The notes under the pieces are model-generated. The model saw only the letters and a program-made list of their open reading frames with translations. It did not search any database and was not told the origin of the DNA. 64,000 bases of DNA from positions 249,624 to 313,623 of the forward strand of contig JBOEGF010000002.1 in assembly GCA_050633305.1 (NCBI GenBank). The letters are read 5' to 3'. Positions 28,831 through 39,309 of the stretch are shown here, piece by piece. This stretch comes from Nannocystales bacterium. GTDB taxonomy: Bacteria > Myxococcota_A > Polyangia > Nannocystales > Nannocystaceae. Position 1 is the first letter of the stretch; each line of letters starts with the position of its first letter. Made by a program: the position numbers and the translations under genes.

Positions 28831-30048
28831 TCACAAGGTACAGACACAGCGGCGCTGACAACTTTGGTTGGTGAACGTCTCGTCGCACGACACCTCGGTG
28901 GTCACCGTGCAGACACGCGCAGCGGCGAAGCACACGTAGCCTCTGTTCTCACAGAAGTCGTTGCAGCTCCCAGAGCCGTCCGTTGTCTGATCGAGAACGC
29001 AGTTTCCGGCACCATCGCACTCCCCCGAACCGGGGCACTCCAGACCGCACTCTCCGCAGTTCGTTGTGTCCGTGTCCAGGTTCACGCACGTCGTAGAACA
29101 CAGGTCGGGCACATCGGCCGGGCACGTGAGTGCGCCGTTGAGACAGGCCGCGGCGTCGTTGTCGATATCGGAGACGGAAACGCCACATTCACCGCAGTGA
29201 TCCGGGTCGGAGATCGACACGCAAGCCCCGTCGCAGCGATGCTGCCCCGCGACGCACCCGGGAACACCGTCGACGCAATCCACCCCGTCGGTCGACACCC
29301 CGCACGACCCACAGTTCCCGACGTCCGAAGAGAGGTCCACGCAGACGCCATCGCAGGCCACGCGCCCTTCTTGGGTACATGTCGCAACGCCATCCTCACA
29401 GTGGCCCCATTGTGGAACCGGGGAGTCACACCCGCCGCAATGCTGCCCATCGGTTCGCAGGTCGACGCACTGCCCGTCGCACGCCGCGCCAAACTCGGAG
29501 ATACAGCGTGGGACCCCGTCTTCACAGATGCCGCCGCTCGGGACCTCATTCCGGCAGGCTCCGCAGTGCTGTTCGTCAGAGTTGAGGTCGTGGCAACTCC
29601 GTCCGCAGAGGGTCGTCTCGGGCTGGCAGATCTCGATATCTGTGGAGACTTGCCCCCCGCCCTCGAGTTGGTAGTTCAGGACCAGCGGGAGCGTATTCTC
29701 CGGCATCTCGAACACCAGGGAACAAAATGTCTCGCGCCCCTTTGGCACCGACGCGTCGGCGCGGCACCCCCCTTCGAGCAGGTCGGTCAGGACCGCGCCG
29801 AGGATCTCGACGCCGGAGTCCGTCTCCACGGAGAACAACGGCGCGGCGAGAAGTGTCTGCCCGTTGGAGACGTTCATGATCGAGACATCGAGCACAATCG
29901 CCTCACGACCGTCCTGCAGCCCCGCGACTCCGGCAAGAGAAGGCTCGAGATCTACACCACCGACGTCGAGCAACACGGGTGCCGATTCAGCTGCCGAACA
30001 CCCCCCGGCAAGAAGGGCAACAGCCACGAGGTTTTTCCAGCAGGACAC
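28831..30048 (-). CDS. Cys-rich repeat lipoprotein (STIG1/MXAN_6577-like repeats)
   Basis: LAGGC lipobox; N-terminal Ig-like domain; five CxxLxxDxx(H/N)CGxC repeats. Confidence 0.85.
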   Translation of the reverse strand: MSCWKNLVAVALLAGGCSAAESAPVLLDVGGVDLEPSLAGVAGLQDGREAIVLDVSIMNVSNGQTLLAAPLFSVETDSGVEILGAVLTDLLEGGCRADASVPKGRETFCSLVFEMPENTLPLVLNYQLEGGGQVSTDIEICQPETTLCGRSCHDLNSDEQHCGACRNEVPSGGICEDGVPRCISEFGAACDGQCVDLRTDGQHCGGCDSPVPQWGHCEDGVATCTQEGRVACDGVCVDLSSDVGNCGSCGVSTDGVDCVDGVPGCVAGQHRCDGACVSISDPDHCGECGVSVSDIDNDAAACLNGALTCPADVPDLCSTTCVNLDTDTTNCGECGLECPGSGECDGAGNCVLDQTTDGSGSCNDFCENRGYVCFAAARVCTVTTEVSCDETFTNQSCQRRCVCTL

Positions 30049-30458
30049 TGCAGCGGGACTAGAGCGGAAGAAAACCCACCGTCAAGGCTACAAACCTCGG
30101 AGGGACACCCTGCTCAGAAAAGGCCATTGTTGCCGAGGTCCCAGTGGTCCCGGAGGCATGCCGGTCAGCCGGTCTATAGGTGTTGAAAAAGACAGGTCGC
30201 ACCTGCCCGGCGTCCGTCATGGATGGGCCGAAGAATCGCGAGTCTGCGATGGCATTGACCTGCGGCGAGTTCGCCACCCCCTAGTGTGGTGGAACAGGAA
30301 TCCGTTCGAAGTGAGCGCCGCCCTCGAACCCCGTGGCTTCGTTGCTCATCGGTCGACTACGCCCAGTGTCGTGGAACAGGACTCCGAGCTGCGAATCCTC
30401 GCTCTGCGCTTTCCGGCACCGCCGTCAGAGCGCGGCCGACGGCCGACGAGGCGCACCG

Positions 30459-32048
30459 CTACAGCAACACGCTGGGCAACGGTTCGCCGATCTGGTTGAA
30501 GTCGTAGTCCAACGCGTGGGTGCTGGCTCCCTTGCCTACGGTTGAGGTCGAGCCGTAGCCGGGTTCGCCGTTCGTCTCGTAGTCGCCCGGCTGCAAGCCC
30601 ATTGCCTGCAGCATCGTCACGAAGAACTGGTTGTACGGGATCCCTCGGATGACGTGGCCATTGTGCTGGCTGAAGTAGGACTGCGTGTCCCACTCGGTGA
30701 AGTCGAGGTAGCGACCCGTGTCCACGCGGCCCCCCGCACTGCCGGCGGTGATGGTGGGCACCGAGTAGTTGAGGTGGTTGAACCCCAGCTCGTTGCCCCA
30801 GACGATCAGCGAGTTGTCGAGGTAGGTCGACTCGCCGCCCTCGAGCACATCGAGCCGCTCGATGAGTCGCAGGAACACGTTCTGCGCGACCCACTGGTTC
30901 ATCCGTCGCAGGTGGGCGTCGCCGGAGGGAGAGCCCCATTCGTGCGCGAGAGCGTGCCAGGTTTGTCCCGAAGCGTTCTCGCTGTGGGTGAAGCCAGCAG
31001 GTGCTCCGTCTGCGTCGGAGATGACCTTCTCCGCATCGATGGTGATCACGCGTGTGTGGTCGCAGATGATCCCCGCAACCGCGACGTCAATCATGAGCGC
31101 CCACGACTCCTCGATGTCGGAGAGGCCCAGACTGCCGCCGTCTGGATACGAGTTCGGCATGGGTGGGAACTCGCACTGCGCGGTGACGCCACCTCCTTCG
31201 AGCCGACCCTGGAGCTCGTTGAGAAAGGTCAGGTGCCGGTCGAGGAGCATCCGGTCGTCGGCCGACAGTCGGGAGTTTGACTGGATACGCCCATAGTCTT
31301 CGTAGACTCGGTCGACGAGGCGCTTGTTGGGGGACTCGCCTTGTTCGGGCTCTCCGTCGGGCTTCGGGGGGGTGACGCCCGGACCTGTGAACAGCTCGTT
31401 CCAGGCGGTCAATGGGTCGACGTGGGCCTGCATGCGGTTCACCTCGCCGCCCTCGATTCCCGCGTGGGTATACGAGCACGAGTCCCCGCGTGAGTTGTTG
31501 AGCTGCAGCGAACGGACCAGCGGTTGCGACGAATAGAAACGGTCCGAGTACGCCATGACCTGGTCGACGGTCGGGACGTGCTGAAGCGACAGGGATGCAC
31601 CTGCGGTCACGGTGCTCGCGCCTGCATAGTTGCCCAGGAAGGCGCCGTGGTTGTGGTTGGTGTCGGGCAAGAAATCCATGCCCCGCAGCAACATCATCTT
31701 GTGCAGATACGGGTTGAATGCCTGATCGATGATCTGGGACAAGCCCGGGTCCATGAAGTCGGTCATCGGCGCCTGCTTGTAGGGCGTACCGGCGATCTCC
31801 TGCGTCAGCCCGGTCGTTCCGTCAGCCTTGGCTTTGCGTAGCGCGTATCCGTTGCCTTCGAAGGTCGGGTACCAGTCCACGATGGTCTGCCCGCTGTTGC
31901 TCTTGATGCCGATGAAGCGCACCGGCTGTTGCACATCCCCACCCGCATGAGCATCGCGGCGAAACAGGGAAGACAGCATGGGAATCGCAAGGGTGGCCCC
32001 GCCCATCCCCTGGAGAAACATCCGACGTCGAACTCGATCGTATTTCAT
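30459..32048 (-). CDS. DUF1552 domain protein (Tat-like signal)
   Basis: RRRMFLQGMGGATLAIPML; TVDQVMA; CDHTRV; YLDNSLIVWGNEL; AGSAGG. Confidence 0.9.
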   Translation of the reverse strand: MKYDRVRRRMFLQGMGGATLAIPMLSSLFRRDAHAGGDVQQPVRFIGIKSNSGQTIVDWYPTFEGNGYALRKAKADGTTGLTQEIAGTPYKQAPMTDFMDPGLSQIIDQAFNPYLHKMMLLRGMDFLPDTNHNHGAFLGNYAGASTVTAGASLSLQHVPTVDQVMAYSDRFYSSQPLVRSLQLNNSRGDSCSYTHAGIEGGEVNRMQAHVDPLTAWNELFTGPGVTPPKPDGEPEQGESPNKRLVDRVYEDYGRIQSNSRLSADDRMLLDRHLTFLNELQGRLEGGGVTAQCEFPPMPNSYPDGGSLGLSDIEESWALMIDVAVAGIICDHTRVITIDAEKVISDADGAPAGFTHSENASGQTWHALAHEWGSPSGDAHLRRMNQWVAQNVFLRLIERLDVLEGGESTYLDNSLIVWGNELGFNHLNYSVPTITAGSAGGRVDTGRYLDFTEWDTQSYFSQHNGHVIRGIPYNQFFVTMLQAMGLQPGDYETNGEPGYGSTSTVGKGASTHALDYDFNQIGEPLPSVLL

Positions 32049-32050
32049 GA

Positions 32051-33856
32051 CTACTCCACCCCCCGGACGCGGAACTCGGTTTGCAAGGCGACCTCTCCCA
32101 ACGCGGAGAGAATGCTCCCGTCTCCGGCTTCGGACTCGATCTGCTCCATCACACAAACGTCGCTTTCGCTCTCGTTCGGCTCACGCCGATACGTGAACTC
32201 GAAGTAGTGCTCCGCGAAGCAGTGCAGGTAGGCCGGCTGGGCCGCGGCGATCGTCGCGAGTTCGACGGGTCCCGAAACCTCCGGGTTGTCGGGAAGCCCC
32301 AGCAGCGTCGCGGACGAGTCCACCGGAAGCTCGGCGAGTACGTCGCCGCTTCCATCGATCACCCGCTCGCTCGTGCGGTACCGACCCAGCCCATCATAGG
32401 CTTCGAGGGTGTGGCCGAAGGGGTTGATCAACTGATGGCAGGCGATGCACTGGCTGTCGGCCGTCTTGTCATCGATGCGCTCGCGCGTCGTCTTGCTCGG
32501 GTCGAGCGGCGGGGGGTCGAACGCATCCGCGGGTAGGTCAGCGGGCGGCGGGGGAATGTGGGCGCACAGCAGCCGCTCTTGGATGTCGATGCCGCGATGA
32601 ATCGGGTTGGTCGTGTGATCGCCCGTGACGAGGTTTGCCGCACGCGTATGCACGCCGGCCCGCTCCCCCTGCGGGAACTCGGGCGGTTGGCCAACGCCGT
32701 CCCACGGCTCGACACCGTAGAGTTCGGCAAGGATGGGTGAATCCGTGAACGAGAGGTTGCTCGTGAGCAGGTCTGAGATGTGTCCGTCTTGCTCGAACGT
32801 GTAGTAGGCGGTGAGCGCATCGAGCTCGGCAACCATCGCGGTCTCGAGCTCGTCCCCCACCTCGCCGGGGTCGCCGGCGAAGGTGGCGAGGTTCTCGGAG
32901 AAGGTGCGGAACGCCGGGGTGTCGGAGAGTCCGCCGAACTCTCGCGCGATGAACCACTCACGATAGAACGACCGGGTGCTGTCGCGTGTGCGTTCGCCTT
33001 GAAGGATCCGTTCGACCTGCGCTTGGTAGCCCGCGTCCGTGTTGAGGCTGCCATCAGCCGCGGCTTCAAACAGCTCTTCGTCGGGCATCGACTGCCAGAA
33101 GTGGAAGGAGAGTCGCGACGCGATCTCGTATCCGTCGAGCACCAGAAGGTCGTCCCGACCGATTGCGGGCGCCCCGTCGATCTCGAAGTGGTACACGAAC
33201 CGAGGGCTCATCAGCATCGTGACCGCGATGTCTCGGTAGTTCTCGGGAGCCGTGCGCTCCGAACTGACCAGGCTCAGGTAGCTGTCCACGTCGTCGCTCG
33301 AGAGCGGGTGTCGATGCACGTGTAGACCGAAGTCATTCACGAAGGCTTCGAGACACTGGTCGTCAATCTCAGCCGAAGAGGCACAGTCCCCGGCCAATGC
33401 GGTCATCACAGCCGGGTCGTCCAACATCGCATCGCCGACGGTTGTCGCCACCGCGAACCAAGTGTCGATGTGTCGTGCGGCGAGGCGGTTGTCCATGTTG
33501 GTGAACGTCGTCTCACCGCCATCGACGGGCAGCGAGGCGATGAGCGGCGCGGCGCTTTCGAACACGGCTGGGACGTCCTGCAGAAGGTCGCGTAAGGCGT
33601 TGCTGTACTGAGCGACGGACAGACGCTTGAGCGACGTCGCCCCCGGAGAACTCCCTGCGCACAGCTCTCCGGGGATGTCGGTGGGTTCGTCAGGCCCGCC
33701 CGTGCCGCCGGACGAGGCCGGGGAGTCCGAATCGGCAGCGTCGGTCTCAGAGGAGGCGTCCGAGCCGACGTAGCAGGCATTCACCACAAGCCCGGACGAC
33801 AACAGCCCGACCCATCTCAAGCGCGAAGAAGGAAAAGTACGGGGCACGCGGGGCAT
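32051..33856 (-). CDS. DUF1592/DUF1588-family lipoprotein with CxxCH
   Basis: VNAC lipobox; RLSVAQYSNALRDLL; SPRFVY; EIASRLSFHFWQSMPD; PIHRG; CIACH. Confidence 0.9.
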   Translation of the reverse strand: MPRVPRTFPSSRLRWVGLLSSGLVVNACYVGSDASSETDAADSDSPASSGGTGGPDEPTDIPGELCAGSSPGATSLKRLSVAQYSNALRDLLQDVPAVFESAAPLIASLPVDGGETTFTNMDNRLAARHIDTWFAVATTVGDAMLDDPAVMTALAGDCASSAEIDDQCLEAFVNDFGLHVHRHPLSSDDVDSYLSLVSSERTAPENYRDIAVTMLMSPRFVYHFEIDGAPAIGRDDLLVLDGYEIASRLSFHFWQSMPDEELFEAAADGSLNTDAGYQAQVERILQGERTRDSTRSFYREWFIAREFGGLSDTPAFRTFSENLATFAGDPGEVGDELETAMVAELDALTAYYTFEQDGHISDLLTSNLSFTDSPILAELYGVEPWDGVGQPPEFPQGERAGVHTRAANLVTGDHTTNPIHRGIDIQERLLCAHIPPPPADLPADAFDPPPLDPSKTTRERIDDKTADSQCIACHQLINPFGHTLEAYDGLGRYRTSERVIDGSGDVLAELPVDSSATLLGLPDNPEVSGPVELATIAAAQPAYLHCFAEHYFEFTYRREPNESESDVCVMEQIESEAGDGSILSALGEVALQTEFRVRGVE

Positions 33857-34267
33857 CGCGTCGGTGGGTGCGCCTCCCCGACGGAATTTGTCCCCGGAAC
33901 AGGATGACTGCCATTCCCGCGGCTTGGCACACAGAAGACACACCGAACTGCCCCATCGGGGATCGGAGTAGGCGGCGACGCTCTGACGACGCACCGCGAC
34001 CCAACTGCCAGCCGGGGACTCCGCCCTCAGTCGACTGCGGGGTTGCTGCAGTCGGCGCCGCTTCCCGGCTCGACGACGTGGAGGGCACCGACATCCACTT
34101 CGCGCTGGTCGGCGATGAGCACACCTTGGCCTCGGGCTCGAACGAATGGCTGAGCGGCAATGCGTGAGGCCAGCCCCTCTGCATGTGCTCTCGCCACGGG
34201 GGCGCCACTGCGCGCCGCCCAGCCCACACTGGAGTTCTTTCGCTCCGCCGTTCGCCGCTTCAGGCCA

Positions 34268-35857
34268 TCAGGGCACGATGGTCAGCAGCCGGGGGGTTCC
34301 GGTCGCGTCGAGCATCGTCTGCTCACCCGTAGTCAGCCCCAACAAGGCGTACCCTCGATCCTCGAGGCCCTCATCCTGCCATGAGCACGACAGGACGGAC
34401 CCGTCGGGTGCGAGCGACGCGTAGATGTTGGCGTCTCCACAAGCGTCGATCTCGGTGGTCACCGGGGAGACTCCCGCCAGGTCGACAACCCACAACCGGC
34501 TCTGGTCCAAGCTCGTGGTCACCAGTGTCGATCCGTCTTCAGAGATTGAGAGGGACCGCGGCTGCGGACCTTCGAAGACGAGCTCTGGCGGGCCGGCGAT
34601 GCCCTGGTCCAGCGGCGAACGCTCGATCGAGTACGACTCGCCGTCCGCTGCTACGAAGTAGACGAAGGACTCGTCTTGCGTGAACTCAACCCCATAGCCT
34701 CCCTCACCCAGGGGAATCGGCTCGAACGCCGAGTCCTCGGACAGCGAGACGAGGTACAGCTGTGCACGCTCCTCGCCCGCGGGTTGCGATGAGAACGTGA
34801 GCCATTCACCCGCAGGCGAGAACGTCGTGATCCGAAAGCCGCTCGAGGTCGAGACGCCACCGGCGGCTGCCCCTGTCGACAGTTGAACGATATCTCCGAG
34901 TCCTCCTTGCGAGTACGGGATCCAGGCCAGGTCAGCCGCTTCGCTCCCCTGAACCACGGCGATCCCTCGTCCCGTGGGGTGCACCGCGAGGGAGTAGGGG
35001 TTGTGCCCTGCAGCACCCTGCAGCAGCGGCACGTCCGAGGCGGACGGAGGCTCGGTGAGAACGTCCACCATCGTCATGTCCTGTTGCCATCCGCTCTCGT
35101 CCTCGTCACGGGCCCGAAAGAGAAAGCTCTGCGAGCCCGAGACCACGTCGTCAGGGTCAAGCTCCAAGAGCAGCTCCGGGGTGCCGCCAGGCTCAATCGG
35201 CACCCGCAGTAGCTGTGTAGGGTTCTCACGCGGTTCGGTCACGCCGAGATATCCGCCGTCGAGCACGTGCCGCACGGTTCCCTGGGCCGCGGGGTAGAGC
35301 ATGATGGGCTCGACCCCTGCGCCCTCGTCAGCGACGACGACATAGAAGTCCGAGCCCATCGCCTCCGGCCGAATTTCTCCGGCGAGCCATGCCCCGCCTG
35401 CGTAGAAGACCGAACACGTGTCCGTCTCCGGGCAGTCGGCCGCCTGCGGATTCAAACTCTCCGGCGACCAGGGGCCGATGAGGCGGACCGGGCCGTCCTG
35501 CGCAACAGCGACCGCCTCATCGGCGCTGTTGACGAGTGTCCATGCGCCCATGGCAATGAGTTCGGGATCGCCTATCACTCCGCCAACCGCCGTACGGGCC
35601 ATCAGTCCTGCCTCGGCTGAATAGAGGATTCGGATCGCCGGAGGGTCCGCATCGCCGTCCGACTCACCGGACGTCGAGCCCGAGCCGCCCTCGGAGGAGG
35701 AATCGTCCGAACTCGAACCGTCGTTGGCACTGGTGGAACTTCCCGTGCCAGTGGCAGAGCCTCCAGTCGACGACGTAACCGCTGGGCCGCACGCGACCGT
35801 CAGAGCGAGGGCTAGAAGAGCATGGCGTGAGACGGTTCGAGTCATCGTACTCGCCAT
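34268..35857 (-). CDS. Lipoprotein with TolB/WD40-like beta-propeller
   Basis: TVAC lipobox; S/T/G linker; VHPTG, FSPAGEWL, FTQDES, ISEDGS, LAPDGS repeats. Confidence 0.8.
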   Translation of the reverse strand: MASTMTRTVSRHALLALALTVACGPAVTSSTGGSATGTGSSTSANDGSSSDDSSSEGGSGSTSGESDGDADPPAIRILYSAEAGLMARTAVGGVIGDPELIAMGAWTLVNSADEAVAVAQDGPVRLIGPWSPESLNPQAADCPETDTCSVFYAGGAWLAGEIRPEAMGSDFYVVVADEGAGVEPIMLYPAAQGTVRHVLDGGYLGVTEPRENPTQLLRVPIEPGGTPELLLELDPDDVVSGSQSFLFRARDEDESGWQQDMTMVDVLTEPPSASDVPLLQGAAGHNPYSLAVHPTGRGIAVVQGSEAADLAWIPYSQGGLGDIVQLSTGAAAGGVSTSSGFRITTFSPAGEWLTFSSQPAGEERAQLYLVSLSEDSAFEPIPLGEGGYGVEFTQDESFVYFVAADGESYSIERSPLDQGIAGPPELVFEGPQPRSLSISEDGSTLVTTSLDQSRLWVVDLAGVSPVTTEIDACGDANIYASLAPDGSVLSCSWQDEGLEDRGYALLGLTTGEQTMLDATGTPRLLTIVP

Positions 35858-36010
35858 GCCCACGCGGAACCGAATCTATGTGCGGCTTGGGATGGTTTCG
35901 GTCACGTACCACCGTGGTCCCGCAGTACGGCCGCGAGAACCGCGCTGCTCCGCAAGTCGACGACGAACATGTCCGGCATCCCAGGCCGCGCCCAGCGACC
36001 GGCACGAGGG

Positions 36011-37816
36011 CTACTCGCCATGAATCCGGGCAACGAGAGTATCCTGGCTACTGTTGGAGATCGACGGGTCAGGTGGGAGCCCGGCTCCAAGATCCACCTC
36101 ATCCGCATCGAAGGAGGAGATCGAGAGCAGTAGGTCGCCGTCGGTGGCACCCGTCACGCGAACCGGCTCCGGCACCTCTCGGCCCCACGACGGACTTGGG
36201 GGAGACGCGGACGGATCCGCCACGACCACGGCGGTCGAGTCGTTGCCCGTCGGCGTCAACGTGAACGCTCCGAAGTCTGCCGGCGCGGCGAGCTCAAATC
36301 CGAGGAGGAGTTGCCCCTCGTCGTTCGCAGCCAAGCTCAACATCTCCGTGGGCCAGTCCGACTCGGTGCTCGACGCCAGGACGGCCCCATTTTCATCGCG
36401 CTGCTCGAGCCAGAAGTTACTTCCCCAGTCCTTCCGAAGAGCCCACAGCGTCTGATCCGGTGCGACGGCGAGCTGGACCCTCGTCGTGGAAGGGAACGTC
36501 TCGAGCCCGGCGGAGTAGGTGACCGAGGCGAACGATCCATCGACCGCGAAGAACGCGAAGATGTCGTTGTCCGGAACCGGGGGCCCGTCTTCGAGAATCC
36601 ACTCGGCATCGCCCGCCGACGCGCCGTAGTAGGCAGTCACTCCGTCTTGAAAACACGCGACGTCGAAGGCCGCGTTGAACCCGTTGGTAAGGGTCGCGTG
36701 TGCAAATACGGCGTTGCCGGACGAGTCCAGCTTGGCAACGTAGTCGGTCCTTTCTGTGGATGGCGGGAGTCCCAGCGGCGGTTCCTCGACCGCGGCGGTG
36801 TAGCAACCCGTGAACACGACGCTGTCATCCGACGGCGAGTACGCGATGCTACGTCGGTGATAGCAGCCGTTCGAAAGTGCGGAGATGCTGCCTTGGGGGA
36901 ACTGACGGACCCAGGCGAGTTCGCCGTCGGAGATTCGGAGCACGAGCAACGGGAAGTCCGGCCCCGCCCCACCGCCGAAGTCGACGGGGCCTTCGCCTCG
37001 CCCGACCAGCACTACATCTCCCCCGGTCGTGATTTCCACATCCATGACTGAGATGTCGTCCGAAGTCGACACGGTCTCCCCAAAGAACGTAGTGTCGACA
37101 CCCGCTCCAGATTCGGAGAGGCTAGCCATGAACACCCGACCGGAGTCGCTGCTCGACTCTTCGACCAAACCTGGCCAGGGCTCGAAGTCGTATCCGCCGG
37201 TCGTTCCAACGACGAGGTGGGAGCCATCGGGATGCTCGAGCAGCTGCCCGAAGATGGCGCGTTGGCCCGCGAGGAGGTTTTGCCAAGCGACATCCCCTGC
37301 GCACGCGGGCGCCGACATGCCATCACAATCGGCATCGACCCGGGTGCCACATGCCTCGGCGGAAGGCCCGATCCAGCGCTCGCAGGGTCCGAATTCGCCG
37401 TTCGAACATGTCGCAAGACCCGCGACGCACGAACCCACACCCAGCGTCCCCTCGGCTCCTTCGTAACACTCCGAAACCGCGCCCTCCTCGCAGGCACCAC
37501 CCGAAGACCCCTCGGACGTCGACGTCGACGTCGTCATCGTCGTCGACGTGTCCACGCCGGACTCCAGTGTCGGGTCGACCTCGCCGGACGACGACCCGTC
37601 CGTGGTTCCATCCCCATCGGAGCTCGTGGTCGAGGGCGAACTCTCGATCGGCCCCGCCTCTCCAGAACCGGCCTCCGACGCCGACTCAGTACCGCGACCT
37701 GACCCCTCGCCGTCTTCGCCACAAGCCAGCGGGGGCAACGTGATGGCCAAGAGTACCCACGCCGAGACGAGCCGATTCCTATTCGCCACGGAGATGGGAC
37801 GCTGTGCCCGGGACAT
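36011..37816 (-). CDS. Lipoprotein with Cys-rich module and beta-propeller
   Basis: PLAC lipobox; CYEG..GT.GVGSC..G..C..DADCDG; VDFGGG; YVAKLDSSGN. Confidence 0.8.
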   Translation of the reverse strand: MSRAQRPISVANRNRLVSAWVLLAITLPPLACGEDGEGSGRGTESASEAGSGEAGPIESSPSTTSSDGDGTTDGSSSGEVDPTLESGVDTSTTMTTSTSTSEGSSGGACEEGAVSECYEGAEGTLGVGSCVAGLATCSNGEFGPCERWIGPSAEACGTRVDADCDGMSAPACAGDVAWQNLLAGQRAIFGQLLEHPDGSHLVVGTTGGYDFEPWPGLVEESSSDSGRVFMASLSESGAGVDTTFFGETVSTSDDISVMDVEITTGGDVVLVGRGEGPVDFGGGAGPDFPLLVLRISDGELAWVRQFPQGSISALSNGCYHRRSIAYSPSDDSVVFTGCYTAAVEEPPLGLPPSTERTDYVAKLDSSGNAVFAHATLTNGFNAAFDVACFQDGVTAYYGASAGDAEWILEDGPPVPDNDIFAFFAVDGSFASVTYSAGLETFPSTTRVQLAVAPDQTLWALRKDWGSNFWLEQRDENGAVLASSTESDWPTEMLSLAANDEGQLLLGFELAAPADFGAFTLTPTGNDSTAVVVADPSASPPSPSWGREVPEPVRVTGATDGDLLLSISSFDADEVDLGAGLPPDPSISNSSQDTLVARIHGE

Positions 37817-38082
37817 GATTCAGCGAGCGAGCGAAGGCGCGACGTCGCCGGTCTGCCTCGGACCGCCGGCTCGGAGCAGTCCCCGCCTAAAGCGAGTTCG
37901 CTGAGACGTTCTTGCCACTTCCACAGCTGTAGGAAGATCCAGACAGGCCCGACGGCGGCTGTTGGGACGGAACGTGACCCCGTGGCTCCGGAGACCACAC
38001 TCGCGCCGACCTCTGCGAACACAGTCTCTGCCCTCTCTTGCCGGTTTCGGGTCGTGCAGACGAATGGCGAGGACATGCCGGG

Positions 38083-38502
38083 TCAGGACTCTGGCTGATA
38101 CGCCGCGGTGAATTCGGCCGAGGGGGGGATGTTTTCGATCACGTCCACCAGGTTTCCGGCGGGGTCCTGCGTGATGAAATGGCGTTGGCCAAACGCTTCG
38201 TCGCGCAAGGGCAGCAACGGCGGCAGGCCGCCCTCCTCGACGAGGCGCCTGTATGCCTCCGTCGCATCCTTGACCTCGAGGTTGACCAGGGTCCGGAACT
38301 CGAGGTCACGGGACTCGGCCGGAATGGTCGAGTGGCCTGCGGCGAGCACGGCCAACTCGAACTGCGTGGCCGTGGCGTGCCGCAAGCTGACGTACCAGTC
38401 GGACTCGAAGCTCACCTCAAAACCGAAGTGTCGACGGTAGAACGCGACCGTTTCGACCACCGCGGGCGTGATCAGCACGGGATAGCTGCTGGAAAGGGAC
38501 AT
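38083..38502 (-). CDS. VOC/glyoxalase family protein
   Basis: FYRRHFGF...DEAFGQRHFITQDPAGNLVDV. Confidence 0.9.
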   Translation of the reverse strand: MSLSSSYPVLITPAVVETVAFYRRHFGFEVSFESDWYVSLRHATATQFELAVLAAGHSTIPAESRDLEFRTLVNLEVKDATEAYRRLVEEGGLPPLLPLRDEAFGQRHFITQDPAGNLVDVIENIPPSAEFTAAYQPES

Positions 38503-38526
38503 CGTGGCATCGCCTTTTACGTTCAT

Positions 38527-38542
38527 CGAGTATGTATACTCG
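38527..38542. promoter_or_regulatory. Inverted repeat, candidate TetR operator
   Basis: CGAGTAT-GT-ATACTCG upstream of the VOC gene. Confidence 0.5.
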
Positions 38543-38592
38543 TGATTCCGAAGGATGTTACCGACGACGATCTAGCGCTGCGTGAGCCACGT

Positions 38593-38611
38593 CATACGTA
38601 CTGCATGTATG
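38593..38611. promoter_or_regulatory. AcrR-like palindrome, candidate TetR operator
   Basis: CATAC-N9-GTATG, 14 nt before the TetR start. Confidence 0.55.
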
Positions 38612-38625
38612 TTAGTCTGCGTCCC

Positions 38626-39207
38626 ATGCCACGCCGGACCGCAGAGCAAGCGGCGCAAACCCGTCGCGCCCTGATCGAGGCGGGCATCGAGCACTTCGCC
38701 GAGCGCGGCTACGCCTCAGCCAAGCTCGAGGAGCTCATCATCTCCGTCGGCGTGACACGGGGCGCCCTGTACCACCACTTCGGCAACAAGCGCGGGTTCT
38801 TCGACGCGGTGGTCGAACACCTGCTCGAGGCGCTCGGCGAGCGCGTGACCCGGGCCAGCGCGAAGGCGGGCGATGGCTGGCCCGGCATCGAAGCTGGCTG
38901 CTCCGTCTTCCTGGGCGCCGCGATCGACCCGGTCTACCGCCGTGTCGTGATCATCGACGGCGCTGCCGCGTTGGGTTGGCACCGCTACAAGGAGCTCGAC
39001 GACCGCTACCTGACGCGTCCGCTCCAGGAGGGTTTGAACGCAGCGGCCCGCGAGCACGCCGACACCGAAGCACTCGCGACCGCGCTGTCCGGCGCGATGA
39101 ACGAGCTCGCCCTGTGGGTGGCTGGCCACGACAAGCCACGCGCCGCCCTCCGCCGCGCACGCGGCACCATCGCGGCGCTGACCGCCTCTGCACGTATCGA
39201 CACCTGA
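38626..39207 (+). CDS. TetR/AcrR family regulator
   Basis: TRRALIEAG..FAERGY..GVTRGALYHHFGNK. Confidence 0.93.
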   Translation: MPRRTAEQAAQTRRALIEAGIEHFAERGYASAKLEELIISVGVTRGALYHHFGNKRGFFDAVVEHLLEALGERVTRASAKAGDGWPGIEAGCSVFLGAAIDPVYRRVVIIDGAAALGWHRYKELDDRYLTRPLQEGLNAAAREHADTEALATALSGAMNELALWVAGHDKPRAALRRARGTIAALTASARIDT

Positions 39208-39309
39208 CCAATGAGGTCCGGTCACATGCACTGCGCGCCATTGTCATGAAGCACCCAGAATCTCGCGTGTTCGCGAGACCTCTTCGACGACGCGCGCGTT
39301 CCTGCCCCC

